Origin: Nitrospirales bacterium
Lineage (GTDB): Bacteria > Nitrospirota > Nitrospiria > Nitrospirales > UBA8639
Length of the DNA: 64,000 nucleotides
Direction: 5' to 3'
Assembly (NCBI GenBank): GCA_965203295.1
Contig: CBDBCZ010000019.1
Span: forward strand, 1,088,001-1,152,000
Shown here: one piece after another, positions 1 to 10,814 of the stretch
How the letters are laid out: each line of letters begins with the position of its first letter
How positions within the stretch are numbered: position 1 is the first letter of the stretch
Translations under genes and position numbers: made by a program
Notes under the pieces: model-generated
Seen by the model: the letters and a program-made list of their open reading frames with translations, nothing else
Told to the model about the DNA's origin: nothing
Databases searched by the model: none

Positions 1-1
1 A

Positions 2-253
2 AAGAAATGGAATCAGCGTTTAGCAAAGGCCATCAATGCTCTAGAGGCCTTATTCAATTATGATGTCCTGTATATTGGTGGGGGGAACGCAGAAAAGGTT
101 ACGCTCCCATTGGGGCCAAATGTTCATAAAGTTCCTAATGTCGCTGGGCTGCTTGGCGGAATTGTCTTTTGGCAAGGGGATGGCGGGGAGCAGAGTCCTA
201 CCACGAAAACACGCCGCAAAAGCCGCTCACGCAAAAAGCCCAAGACGAATTGA
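2..253 (+). CDS. ROK-family / polyphosphate glucokinase-like protein, 3' end (partial)
   Basis: Hand translation of frame 2 (not in ORF track): KKWNQRLAKAINALEALFNYDVLYIGGGNA...NVAGLLGG...TGA 251-253. Confidence 0.7.
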   Translation, partial: KKWNQRLAKAINALEALFNYDVLYIGGGNAEKVTLPLGPNVHKVPNVAGLLGGIVFWQGDGGEQSPTTKTRRKSRSRKKPKTN

Positions 254-379
254 GCGTTGATTTGGTTGTCCTCAGTCCCAAGGGAATTGGACTCGGTCGT
301 CTAAGCCTGATTCATACCTCAATATTGTCTCTCGCAAGGGGTACTCCTCGTTTAATGCTTTCCCTGTTTTTTCCTTTGT

Positions 380-3186
380 GTGCAAGTTGTGACTAAGCAC
401 TCCCTCAAATCGCGACGAAGAAAGACGATCCATCACGAGTCTTCACAGAAAGGATCCATCCTCGTTCAGGGTGCCCAGCAAAATAATCTTCAGAACCTTA
501 CAGTTCGGATTCCGCATGATGCGGTGACTGTCATCACCGGCGTATCTGGTTCAGGAAAGTCATCCTTAGCATTCGATACTCTTTTTGCCGAGGGCCAATG
601 GCGGTACTTGGAGTCCCTCTCAACCTATACACGAATGTTCATCGAGCGATTAGACCGCCCAAAGGTGGAAAGTCTAGCGAATATTCGTCCGGCCATTGCC
701 CTTGAACAAAAGAACACTGTGCGTACAGCTCGATCGACAGTTGGGACCGCCACAGAAATATTGGATCATTTGCGACTGTTGTTTGCCAAGGTTGGCCGAC
801 CTATCTGTCCGAATTGCCAACAAGAGGCTCGCGCGTATTCGCCCCAAACTGTGGTAGACCATCTTCTTGAGGAAGGCAAAGGTGCACGAGCCCTTCTTTT
901 GTTCCCGATTGAATGTCTAGGGAAAGGGCAGGGTAAGGCCTTTGTCGAGTCTTTGCTCCGGCGAGGTTTTGTACGACTCCTTTGTGGAGAAGAACTCGTT
1001 CAGTTGGATGGACCAAGTGTTCGCCTTCCGAAACATTTCCAAGACTCTTTCGTTGTCCTAGATCGAGTTGTTCTCCGTCCTGACAATCGTTCACGGATCG
1101 TAGAAGGTGTGGAAACGGCTTTTCGAGAAGGGGGCGGTTATTGTCGTGTGGATGTCATAGAAAAAAGGACCTATTGGTACAGCTCGGAGGTTGAATGTGC
1201 TGGGTGTGGCATGCGCTTTTGGCAAATTCGGCCAATCCTGTTTTCTTTTAATCATCCTTTGGGTGCCTGTCCTGAGTGTAAAGGCTTTGGAAATGTTCTT
1301 AAGTATGATGAACGGTTAGTCGTTCCTCATCCTTTGCGGTCCATTCGTGATGGCGCCATTGAACCTTGGACAAAGCCCGCCACGGCATGGTGGCAACGTC
1401 AACTGCTTCGGGCCTTTCAACGACGGAATATCGATCCGGCCATCCCCTATGCTCATTTATCTGAAGATATTCGGACTTGGATTTGGGAAGGGGGGCAGAG
1501 ATTAGAGGGGATTAATGCTGGGATTTCCATCAGGTTTCCCTTTTGACCATTTCGGAGATGGCGGATTGGACAAACAATCTGACGTTGTCGCCATTTCAAA
1601 TGGATATTGCAGGTGATGTCCTTCGACGTCTTCAACGGAAAATGGAGATGCTGCTTCGGGTTGGGGTGGATTATCTCACGCTTTCCAGAGAAACCCGATC
1701 ACTATCTGGTGGGGAGGTTCAGCGCATGGCTCTTGCCAATCAACTCGGCGCTGGTCTCATGGGCACGTTATATGTACTGGATGAACCGACTGTTGGGTTG
1801 CATTCCAGAGATACCTTGAGACTCGCGGAAATGTTGAAAGAGCTGGCCGATAAAGGAAATACGGTGGTGGTTGTCGAACATGATCCCCAAATGATCAAAA
1901 AAGCCGACTATGGGATCGAACTGGGTCCGGGCTCTGGTGAGAAAAGTGGACGGGTCGTGTGTGCCGCCGCCATGCCTCAATTTTTGGTGAACCGAACATC
2001 ATTAACAGCACGTTACCTACGTGGAGAGCGCTCGATTGCTCTGCCGAAATCCTGTCGTTCTGGGAATAGAAAGTTTTTAATCCTAAAGGATGCCAGCGAG
2101 CATAACCTGAAAAATCTGACCGTGCGCTTCCCCTTAGGAATGTTGCTTTGTGTCACTGGACCCTCGGGTTCTGGGAAAAGCACACTTGTGAAGCATACCC
2201 TGTATCGAGGTGTGGCTCAGGCCTTTGGGTCAGGATCTTTCCCAGTTGGGAAGTGTTCTGGATTCCAAGGTCTCGAGCACATTCAGACTGTCTGTTTCAT
2301 CGATCAAGAACCGATTGGTCGAACCCCACGGTCCAACCCGATTACCTATATGAATGGATACTAGGAGATCCGACAGATTTTTGGAAACCTTCCAGAGTCT
2401 TGAACTCGTGGCTTCACGCCTTCCCATTTTTCCTTTAATTCTGGAGTAGGGCGGTGTGGACGGTGCAAAGGAAATGGATTTGAAAAGTTGGAAATGTATT
2501 TTTTTGAAGATCTGTTTGTGACGTGTGAAGACTGTCAGGGGCGACGTTTTCGTTCGGAGATTTTGTCCATCAAATTTTGTGGAAAGTCTATTGATGAGGT
2601 TCTGAATATCACCGTGGACGAAGCTCTGCAGCTTTTTGGAGAGGATGCCCCCAGGTTGGTGCAAACGTTGAATCTTCTTCGTGATTTGGGCCTGGGATAT
2701 CTTCGACTTGGGCAACCCGCACCTAGCCTCTCCGGTGGCGAGGCCCAGCGCCTGAAAGTGGCTGCCGAATTAGTGAAATTTAACAGCAGGACTCATCACT
2801 CGAAATCAGGAAAACTTTTCGATGAAAATGAAATAGTTGCGGGTTTTGGGCCAATGGCTAAACCGAGAAAGGGTGCGAAGGTCAACATGACTCCATCACC
2901 AGGAAATGTTCTTTACATTCTTGATGAACCCACGATCGGGTTGCATATGGAAGATGTAAAGAAGCTTCTTGCTGTCCTCGGGAAGCTCGTTGATGCCGGC
3001 AATACAGTGGTGGTTGTCGAACATCATCTGAATGTCGTGAAGGCAGCTGATTGGGTCATCGATCTAGGACCGCATGGGGGTGTGCGAGGTGGTTATGTCG
3101 TTGCCGAGGGACAGCCAGAGGAGGTGGCGGCTATCTCAAGTTCACCGACCGGCCCATTTCTTCAGCAGTTTTTCAATATTTCTTAG
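380..3186 (+). pseudogene. uvrA: Excinuclease ABC subunit A, disrupted
   Basis: GVSGSGKSSLAFDT, LSGGE x2, LDEPT x2 and Zn-finger Cys pairs across three ORFs; frame-changing internal deletion near 1515, in-frame TAG 2362-2364 and TGA 2401-2403. Confidence 0.9.
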
Positions 3187-3256
3187 GAAAGGAGGAAGGG
3201 GGCAAGAATTTCTCAGAGTGAGCAGTCGTGCTAAACGAAAATGTGGGATAAAGGGA

Positions 3257-3826
3257 TTAGTTGAGACTGGGATCCATGGGCATGTTCGCGTAAAAATCGT
3301 ATGGTTCCCCTAAAGACCGGAGAATATTGGGCCATAATTGAGTGTGGTCTCGTTCAAACATAGAAACTGAATCAGCTGGGATTGTCAGCCAGGAGCGAGT
3401 CTTCATTTCATTTTCCAATTGGCCCGGTTCCCAACCTGAATATCCCATGAACGCCCGGAAATTTTGTTGAGGATTCGGGTATTTGATGATGCGTTCAAGG
3501 GCATCCATGTTTCCCACGAGGTAGACGCCATCAAAGATATGGTGCGTATCGGTGGGTTCTTCAGTCAGACGGTACAAACGGTACAAAATGAGTAAATGAT
3601 TGCGTTGAACAGGGCCGCCAGAAAACACCACATGGTTATGGCCTTCAAGTACGGGAATCTGTGGAAGAACTTCCGTGATGCTTATTTCAGTAGGACGATT
3701 GACTACCACTCCTAGAGCCCCGTCTGGCCCATATTCGCAGAGAAGTACGACAGTTTGACGAAAATTGGGGTCTCGGAGGGAAGGGGTCGCGACGAGGAAA
3801 ACACCTTTGCCTAGTGGGAGATCCAT
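3257..3826 (-). CDS. YqgE/AlgH family protein
   Basis: DPNFRQTVVLL, GVVVNRP, GGPV, GYSGW..GQLE motifs; start taken at ATG 3826. Confidence 0.9.
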   Translation of the reverse strand: MDLPLGKGVFLVATPSLRDPNFRQTVVLLCEYGPDGALGVVVNRPTEISITEVLPQIPVLEGHNHVVFSGGPVQRNHLLILYRLYRLTEEPTDTHHIFDGVYLVGNMDALERIIKYPNPQQNFRAFMGYSGWEPGQLENEMKTRSWLTIPADSVSMFERDHTQLWPNILRSLGEPYDFYANMPMDPSLN

Positions 3827-3863
3827 AAGCAGATCTGACCTAACTAAATATGAATTAATGGAA

Positions 3864-4136
3864 TTAATGCCGGTAATCTTTAAATTCTGTTTCCGCATCG
3901 GGGAGCTTAAAAAATGCCCGCATCTGCTTTTTCAATGCGTCTCGCCCGCTTTCGTCCCCGAGGTTCAATTGATACTCATTGATAACCATTGTTTTAACAC
4001 CCCCGGGACGAGTCCATTCATTCCAGCAGGTTGAGCATACATTCTTTTTGATTTCCTTTTCTAGTTTTCCCAAGAAAAGGTTTTCGCTAATCATTTCTGC
4101 TGTCTGTCCACACTTCAAACAGGTGATTTCTGGCAT
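3864..4136 (-). CDS. Fe(II)-trafficking / oxidative damage protection protein (YggX-like)
   Basis: MPEITCLKC...VCSTCWNEW...TMVINEYQLNL...LKKQMRAFF; GGAA-rich RBS upstream; the longer ORF call overlaps the tRNA. Confidence 0.8.
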   Translation of the reverse strand: MPEITCLKCGQTAEMISENLFLGKLEKEIKKNVCSTCWNEWTRPGGVKTMVINEYQLNLGDESGRDALKKQMRAFFKLPDAETEFKDYRH

Positions 4137-4341
4137 TGCCTGTATTCCCCCTTTCCCTAGTAAATTGTGGTCTTTTGAAGTCAAATGGCGAACATTATTA
4201 TATACGAATGTGAAATTTCGTAGGTTCGCGAGTCGAAAAAATCTTATCATGCTATTCAAAGAATTTGAAAGAGATTCAAAGAGACAATTGACCCGGCTGA
4301 GGGATCGTGCTAAGAAAGTGATCGCCATATTCTTTGAATGA

Positions 4342-4429
<88 letters not shown>

Positions 4430-4576
4430 AGAAATTGGGGTGAAACTCTATATGGGGATTGTTCTTTCTGAAAAAACAATGAATTGGGCGATTGAATGGC
4501 CTATCTTGGACTAAAAGTTGGAATAGCAGGGTTCCGGGGAAGATTAAGGAATGAAGAATTTACCTGAGGAATATGC

Positions 4577-4605
4577 TTGACAGTTCCTAGCTAGATGACT
4601 ATAGT
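4577..4605 (+). promoter_or_regulatory. sigma70-type promoter
   Basis: TTGACA (4577-4582), 17 nt, TATAGT (4600-4605); TAAGGAGG RBS at 4681-4688. Confidence 0.75.
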
Positions 4606-4694
4606 TAGGCCTTCCAGATTATAAGGAAAAATATTGTTTTCACAGATTATTCATTTCGCGATTATTAACTAAACACTTCCTAAGGAGGACCCAC

Positions 4695-5465
4695 ATGCGT
4701 AAGCTAGGGTATTTGGGAGCAGCACTAATTTTAGCAAGCTCGGTGGGCACGGCGATGGCGCAGGTTGAAAGAGCGCCTCAGCATGTCGGTTTTGGTACTG
4801 GTGTTGGAGAATCACAGGGATCTGGTACCAGAGCTCGTGTTATGGACGCTGGTGATATGATGCGGTACATCGACAATTTTCTTGAGACCTCAACCATTCA
4901 GGGTGAAGTTATTGCGATCAACAACCCAATGGGGCACATGATGATTGACATGGGGGGGAGCTCCCATGATGATCGCCAGACTCTTCGGGGAGGGCGCAAT
5001 ATGATGACCCTCTATTTCGATGATAAGACCAATAAGGAAAATCTGAAAGCGGTTAATGCGGGGGACTATGTCGCCGTTGCCGTTGAAGATGAAACCACCG
5101 AATCTCAGAAGTTTGGCACGGGACGGAAGATGGTGCGAACCGTTTACGTGTTAGAAGGGAACCAATTGTTGGGTGGTGCGGACAACCCGGATTTCGGTGG
5201 TGGATTAGGCCAAAAGCCAGATCCAACAAATTTCCGTGGCATTAGCACCCCAACGGCCGGCTATACCGGCGTTCCTGAGGGTGGATTGCAGGAAGGTGTT
5301 GTTTCCGGCGGAATTACCTCAAACATTGGAGTCATGACTGGGGCAGCCCCGTGTTGGCAATGTGCTCCTCAGCCTGACACGGTCAACGATTTTCATACTT
5401 CCAAAAAGCAAGGGCCAACGGATTATGGTTCTGGCCGAGATACCTTCACAAAGGGTACCCGGTAA
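4695..5465 (+). CDS. Exported protein of unknown function with Gly-rich C-terminus and CWQC motif
   Basis: Signal peptide ending AMA-Q, strong promoter and RBS, own terminator. Confidence 0.8.
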   Translation: MRKLGYLGAALILASSVGTAMAQVERAPQHVGFGTGVGESQGSGTRARVMDAGDMMRYIDNFLETSTIQGEVIAINNPMGHMMIDMGGSSHDDRQTLRGGRNMMTLYFDDKTNKENLKAVNAGDYVAVAVEDETTESQKFGTGRKMVRTVYVLEGNQLLGGADNPDFGGGLGQKPDPTNFRGISTPTAGYTGVPEGGLQEGVVSGGITSNIGVMTGAAPCWQCAPQPDTVNDFHTSKKQGPTDYGSGRDTFTKGTR

Positions 5466-5484
5466 TCGAGTTTTAATGTATTCG

Positions 5485-5526
5485 AAAAAGGGCGTGCTAA
5501 CTGTTGTTGGAACGCCCTTTTTTTTT
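5485..5526 (+). terminator. Rho-independent terminator
   Basis: AAAAAGGGCGT...ACGCCCTTTTTTTTT hairpin plus U-tract. Confidence 0.85.
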
Positions 5527-5620
5527 GAGAAATGGGCGATCGACTTCTTGCAACTAACCTGACTAAAAGAGAGTTGAATCCAATCGCATCGTCCCAGATA
5601 GTATTTTTAAGAGGAATTGC

Positions 5621-5902
5621 TTGATCAATCAACCTCCGCCAACATCACTTGGAGATCTAAAGCCTGATTCCGAGTTGGACCTTCGCGGAGTCATTTGTCC
5701 CTACAATTTTGTCAAAACCAAACTAAAGCTTGAAACGATGAGCCCTGGCCAGGTATTGGCGGTGATTTTGGATGATGGAGACCCCATTCAGAATGTTCCC
5801 CAAAGTGTTGAAAATGAAGGACATATGATTTTGGGACTGTTTCCCAGCGATCGTGCTCATCGGGTTCTCATCCGTAAGCGCGAAGATAGCGCGTCTTCCT
5901 AA
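5621..5902 (+). CDS. TusA-family sulfur carrier
   Basis: LDLRGVICPYNFVKTKLKLE (CPxP-like motif). Confidence 0.85.
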   Translation: MINQPPPTSLGDLKPDSELDLRGVICPYNFVKTKLKLETMSPGQVLAVILDDGDPIQNVPQSVENEGHMILGLFPSDRAHRVLIRKREDSASS

Positions 5903-6602
5903 TCATCCTGATGGTGGTTTTAACTCTTTTTGATTTACCCTCGATTACAATTGTCATTTCCCCTTTCACATTCTTTGTGCCGAAAACCTGAGTTATTTCC
6001 TCAACGGTTCCCCGAAAAAATTCCTCATAATGTTTGGTCAGTTCTCGAGCCAAGGCTATCTTGCGTCCACTCAAGGTTTGTTGAAGTATTTCGAGAGTTT
6101 TTCTCATCCGATAGGGGGCCTCAAACAGTACGATAGTTCGGGGTTCCTCTGCCAAGGATTGAAGAAATTCGGCCCTTGCCTTGGATTTTCGAGGAAGGAA
6201 GCCGTGAAAAACAAAGGCGTCAGTTGGAAGGCCAGAAGCTGTCAAGGCAGCCAGGATGGCTGAAGGTCCTGGGATAGGGACCACAGGGATGTTCTCAGCA
6301 AGAGTTCTTGTTACTAAGTAATAACCAGGGTCTGAAATCAAAGGAGTTCCAGCATCCGAGACTAAGGCCACAGAAGATTCTTCCTGCAGCTTTCTTAAAA
6401 GAATCGGTGTTTTTTCTTCTTTATTGAAGTCGTGATAGCTTGTCAGGGGAGTTCCGATACCGTAGTGAGCGCACAACTTTTGAGTCCTTCTAGTATCTTC
6501 TGCTGCGATGACATGGACTTCCTTCAGAACACGCAAGGCTCGAAATGTGAGATCTTCCAAATTTCCAATTGGTGTACTGACAATGTAAAGCGTTCCGCTC
6601 AT
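5868..6602 (-). CDS. rsmI: 16S rRNA C1402 2'-O-methyltransferase
   Basis: LYIVSTPIGNLEDLT, AEDTR, VSDAGTPLISDPG, ARELTK. Confidence 0.95.
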   Translation of the reverse strand: MSGTLYIVSTPIGNLEDLTFRALRVLKEVHVIAAEDTRRTQKLCAHYGIGTPLTSYHDFNKEEKTPILLRKLQEESSVALVSDAGTPLISDPGYYLVTRTLAENIPVVPIPGPSAILAALTASGLPTDAFVFHGFLPRKSKARAEFLQSLAEEPRTIVLFEAPYRMRKTLEILQQTLSGRKIALARELTKHYEEFFRGTVEEITQVFGTKNVKGEMTIVIEGKSKRVKTTIRMIRKTRYLRAYG

Positions 6603-6768
6603 GATCAATTCTGGGTGGTGAATATAAATCATCATCCTACAGAGCCAGTGAATAGAATGTCTATGTAAAGAGAAGGAGTATTGGGTACGCACCGATCTTT
6701 CACACTAGAAGCCGCCAGAAAAACCATGGTATTGTTCGTACGGTGTTCAGTCTAGCTCCAAGGTCACT

Positions 6769-7308
6769 ATGCAGGATGAGATGATTCTCCACGTTCAAGA
6801 GGATGGGAAACAGCCAGATGTTTCCTTTTGCTCTCAATGTGGGGGACATCTTCACTGTGAAATCGTCAAAGCTGATGAATCATTGCGTCCGGTGTGTCAG
6901 ACCTGCCGTCATGTGGTGTTCTTGGATCCCAAAGTGGCTGTGGGTGTGATTGTTCATGGTCAGCAGGGGATACTGTTGGTCCGTCGAGGGATTCATCCTG
7001 GGTATGGGAAATAGGTATTTCCTGGTGGCTATGTTGATCGAGGAGAGCCGGTTGAAGATGCAGCTGTGCGCGAAACACGTGAAGAAAGTTGCCTTGAGGT
7101 TCGCATTTCGCGTTTGCTGAATATTTATTCTTATAAAGATCATCCTGTCATTATTATTGTCTATGTCGGAGAGGTTGTTAGCGGAAGCGCTACTGCTGGA
7201 GATGAGACATTGGAGGCAAGGTTTTTTATGCCTCAGTCTATTCCCTGGCAAGAGTTAGCGTTTCCGAGTACTTCTCACGCTCTGCGTTAGTATTTGGGGA
7301 ATTCTTAG
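6769..7308 (+). pseudogene. Zn-ribbon NUDIX hydrolase, nonsense-disrupted
   Basis: FCSQCG...CQTC, then GK*VFPGGYVDRGE...RETREE (Nudix box); TAG 7012-7014 replaces the conserved Trp; TAG 7288-7290 may also be premature. Confidence 0.85.
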
Positions 7309-7314
7309 ACGACT

Positions 7315-8094
7315 ATGCTCAATGGTCGAGTTGCCTTAGTCACTGGTGGGGGTTCAGGGATTGGCCGAGGTATTGCTCAGGCTCTTTCTGTCGAAGGAAG
7401 TCGGGTTGCGATCTGTGGACGGCGTTCAGTACCTCTTGAGGAAACGGCTCAGCTCATTCTGCAAAACCAAGGACACGTTATGGCTCTGCCTGCTGATGTG
7501 AGTCAGCGCTCGGATGTAGAGAAGATGGTAGCACGAGTTATCAAAGAATGGGGACAAATTGATATTCTCGTGAATAACGCTGGAGGTTCTGGGCGAACCC
7601 CTTTGGATTATCCTGACGACTCCCGTTGGATTGAAATCTTACAAATTAATCTCACAGGTGCTTACCTTTGCACAAAAATTATTCTCCCCCATATGCGAGG
7701 ACCAGGGTATGGTCGAATCATTAATGTATCCTCAGTGCTGGGACGATTCGGAGTTCTTGGATATTCAGCTTATTGTACGGCTAAGCATGGAATTCTTGGC
7801 TTTACCAAAGCGGTTGCCCTGGAACTCGCTGGAAGGGGGATCACGGTCAACGCGATTTGTCCGACTTGGGTGGATACAGCCATGGCCCAGCAAGGTATTG
7901 AAGAAACAGCGGCAGTGTTGGATATGAGTCCAGAAGAGTTTCGCACTCAGGCCGTAGGAGCCATTCCCATCGGGCGCATGGCTGAGGTCTCAGAAGTGGC
8001 CGCCTTGGTGGTCTATCTTTGTTCCTCCGCAGCATCGTCGATAACCGGACAGGCCATTAATGTATGTGGAGGAGCAACGGCCGGATCGGCTTGA
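7315..8094 (+). CDS. SDR-family oxidoreductase
   Basis: TGGGSGIG, NNAG, YCTAK (YxxxK). Confidence 0.92.
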   Translation: MLNGRVALVTGGGSGIGRGIAQALSVEGSRVAICGRRSVPLEETAQLILQNQGHVMALPADVSQRSDVEKMVARVIKEWGQIDILVNNAGGSGRTPLDYPDDSRWIEILQINLTGAYLCTKIILPHMRGPGYGRIINVSSVLGRFGVLGYSAYCTAKHGILGFTKAVALELAGRGITVNAICPTWVDTAMAQQGIEETAAVLDMSPEEFRTQAVGAIPIGRMAEVSEVAALVVYLCSSAASSITGQAINVCGGATAGSA

Positions 8095-8241
8095 CTTCTT
8101 GGTGAAGCGTAAATCCCCTCGTTACGGTTTTCAATTTATTTTTTCCTTCCTTGACCTCAATATAGCCCCAAACTATACTCCAAAAAGGGGGCATGTGTTT
8201 TAGCCTCGCTAGATTGAGCCTATTCATAAAAAGGGCCACTC

Positions 8242-9042
8242 ATGCTGTTTTTGAACCTCACGATGGTTCTGTATTTTGTCGGAACTGTCTTATTTCTCAT
8301 TTACTTACTTCGCCGGTCAAATGCGCTTTCCCAAACCGCACTTGGTATTGCCGGTCTTGGATTCCTTACCCATACTGTGGCTTTAGCCCTTCCCTTAATC
8401 ATGGGAAGTCAATCGTCATTTAGTTTTCATAAGGCCTTTTCCTTTTTTTCCTGGGCTTTAGTGCTTGTATTCCTTGTCGTAACAATTCTCAATCGCCTTC
8501 ATGTTCTGGGGGCCTTTATTCTTCCTCTCGCTTTCCTTTCTTTACTGTCTGCAGCCGTGATTCCTGTAGATTCACCTGCCCTACATCCTATGTTTCAAGC
8601 AGTCTGGGTCCATGTCACTTTGAGTATTTTAGGAACGGTAGGGTTTGCCGTGGCTTTTGTGGCAGGTATTATGTATATCCTGCAAGACCTTCTTTTAAAA
8701 TCCAAACAATTCAATGTCTTGTATTTTAAGCTTCCTTCTCTGGATTTCCTGGATAACTTAAATCAACGGTCCATTCTTCTTGGCTTTCCCTTTCTCACTA
8801 TGGGAATCCTCACGGGAGCCATTTCGGCTCAACTTACCTGGGGATCCTATCTGAGCTGGAATCCAGAGCAAATCTGGGCATTAGTGACCTGGGTGTTTTA
8901 TCTTGTGGTGCTCACTGGACGGATTACTGTTGGCTGGCGTGCCAAAAAAGCGGCGTATTTGACCATTGTTGGGTTTGCTGGTGTGTTGTTGACCTTTTTA
9001 GGGGTGGTGCTCAAGGGGCAGAATCCACCAACGATGCTATGA
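8242..9042 (+). CDS. ccsA: Cytochrome c assembly protein (CcsA/HemX-like)
   Basis: Multi-TM; WVHV, LPSLDFLD, WGSYLSWNPE (WWD-like); upstream of hemA. Confidence 0.85.
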   Translation: MLFLNLTMVLYFVGTVLFLIYLLRRSNALSQTALGIAGLGFLTHTVALALPLIMGSQSSFSFHKAFSFFSWALVLVFLVVTILNRLHVLGAFILPLAFLSLLSAAVIPVDSPALHPMFQAVWVHVTLSILGTVGFAVAFVAGIMYILQDLLLKSKQFNVLYFKLPSLDFLDNLNQRSILLGFPFLTMGILTGAISAQLTWGSYLSWNPEQIWALVTWVFYLVVLTGRITVGWRAKKAAYLTIVGFAGVLLTFLGVVLKGQNPPTML

Positions 9043-10442
9043 ATATTATTGCCGTTGGACTGAGTCATAAAACCGCTCCTGTGGAGCTACGCGAGTTGTT
9101 AGCCGTTCCTGAAAGCCGAGTCGGGGAAGCATTGTCTCGTCTGATGGCCTATCAAGGAATCAGGGAAGGTATGTTCCTGCAGACCTGCAATCGGGTGGAA
9201 GTCGTTGCCGTGGTTGATCAGGTCGAAGAGGGTTTTTCTGCCATTCGGGAATTTTTTGTGGCGACGCATCTTTCCTTATCCGCGGAACAGCTCCTGCCCC
9301 ATTTTTATTGGCACGCTGGGGACCGTGCCATTACCCATCTGTTCCGTGTTGCTGCAAGCTTGGATTCAATGGTCATAGGAGAACCGCAAATTTTGGGTCA
9401 GGTGAAAGAGGCCTTTGCGTCGGCATTGACCCACAATACGAGCGGCGTCATTTTGAACAAACTCGCGAAAAAAGCCATTTCTGTGGCTAAACGGGTTCGA
9501 ACAGAAAGCCGGATTGCCGAAAACGCAGTGTCTGTCAGCTATGCTGCTGTTGAGTTGGCCAAAAAGGTGTTTTCTGATTTAGCCTCGAAAACCGTTCTTT
9601 TAGTGGGCGCTGGAGAAATGGCTGAGTTAGCCGCACGTCACTTTGTGAGTCAGGGAGTCAATCATGTGTTAATTACAACGCGAGACTCTCGACGTTCTGC
9701 AGATTTGGCAGAACGATTTAATGGTCTGTCGATTCCGTTTGAAGACTTCCGTGGGTCCTTAAGTAAGGCAGATATTGTTCTGTGTTCCACCGGGGCTTCA
9801 CATCATGTCATCGGGAGTGATGATGTGCAACGCGCTGTTCGTGAGCGGTTGAATCGTCCCCTCTTTCTGATCGATGTCTCGGTTCCACGCAATATTGATC
9901 CTGCGGCGAAGGAAGTGGATAACGCGTTTCTTTTCGATATTGATGACTTGGAAATACATGTCGAAAACAATCTTGAAGATCGCCGCCGTGAGGCAGAAAA
10001 AGCGGAATCGATTATAGAAGGAGAGGTAACGAACATCCTTGGATGGTTAAAGACCTTGGAGGCGACACCTACGATTGTGGCCTTGCGTCGGCGCGCGGAA
10101 AAGATTAAAGCGTCTGAGTTAGAGAAGGCTTTCAGTCGATTGGGAAGTCTTTCTCAGCAGGATCGAGCAACAGTGGAAACTCTGGCTTCCGCCCTCGTCA
10201 ATAAGCTTCTGCACGGCTCTTTGGTCACATTAAAGTCAGCCGCCAAATCCACCGATAGGTCCATCTATATCGAAGCGGCTCGTCGATTTTTCCATTTAGA
10301 AGAGACGGATTCTTCACCGACGATCAATGGGACGGATTCTGCTTTACCTTCTCTTCCATTGGAAGACAATCGTGAAGAGGAAATGCCGCAGAATGTTTCT
10401 GAGCAACCTTACAAATCAGGAAACAACCACTTAACACTGTGA
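9039..10442 (+). CDS. hemA: Glutamyl-tRNA reductase
   Basis: GLSHKTAPVELRE, TCNRVE, LDSMVIGEPQILGQVK, GAGEM. Confidence 0.97.
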   Translation: MNIIAVGLSHKTAPVELRELLAVPESRVGEALSRLMAYQGIREGMFLQTCNRVEVVAVVDQVEEGFSAIREFFVATHLSLSAEQLLPHFYWHAGDRAITHLFRVAASLDSMVIGEPQILGQVKEAFASALTHNTSGVILNKLAKKAISVAKRVRTESRIAENAVSVSYAAVELAKKVFSDLASKTVLLVGAGEMAELAARHFVSQGVNHVLITTRDSRRSADLAERFNGLSIPFEDFRGSLSKADIVLCSTGASHHVIGSDDVQRAVRERLNRPLFLIDVSVPRNIDPAAKEVDNAFLFDIDDLEIHVENNLEDRRREAEKAESIIEGEVTNILGWLKTLEATPTIVALRRRAEKIKASELEKAFSRLGSLSQQDRATVETLASALVNKLLHGSLVTLKSAAKSTDRSIYIEAARRFFHLEETDSSPTINGTDSALPSLPLEDNREEEMPQNVSEQPYKSGNNHLTL

Positions 10443-10475
10443 AGGGGGTTCTTGATATGGATAGGATAGATCGTT

Positions 10476-10764
10476 ATGTCCAATGGTCCCAAACTCTTTC
10501 GTTGTCACCAGTGCAGTCAGACGTATCTGAGTCATGACGCTGCCCCCCCATTGTCCCCGCTGTGGGCGCGATGATAATGAAGTGAAAACGAGCGGGATGG
10601 ATGGAATCATTTTCCTCTTGACCATTATAGGGATTTTGGCCTTTTTGTTAACCGCATCGTATTATCGTGGAATTCTTGGTACTGAGCCGGGGAACTCAAG
10701 CTATGTGAGTCAACCCGTTCCAGGGCAACCCTACGAGAAATTGCCAGGCTCTGTTCATCACTGA
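10476..10764 (+). pseudogene. Small Zn-ribbon membrane protein, frameshifted in a C7 run
   Basis: ATG 10476 gives MSNGPKLFRCHQC...HDAAP; removing one C at 10543-10549 joins it to HCPRCG plus one TM helix. Confidence 0.65.
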
Positions 10765-10814
10765 ATAGCCTTGGTCACTGAACTGATGGCAGCCTAGGTT
10801 TGGACGGGTTTTGT

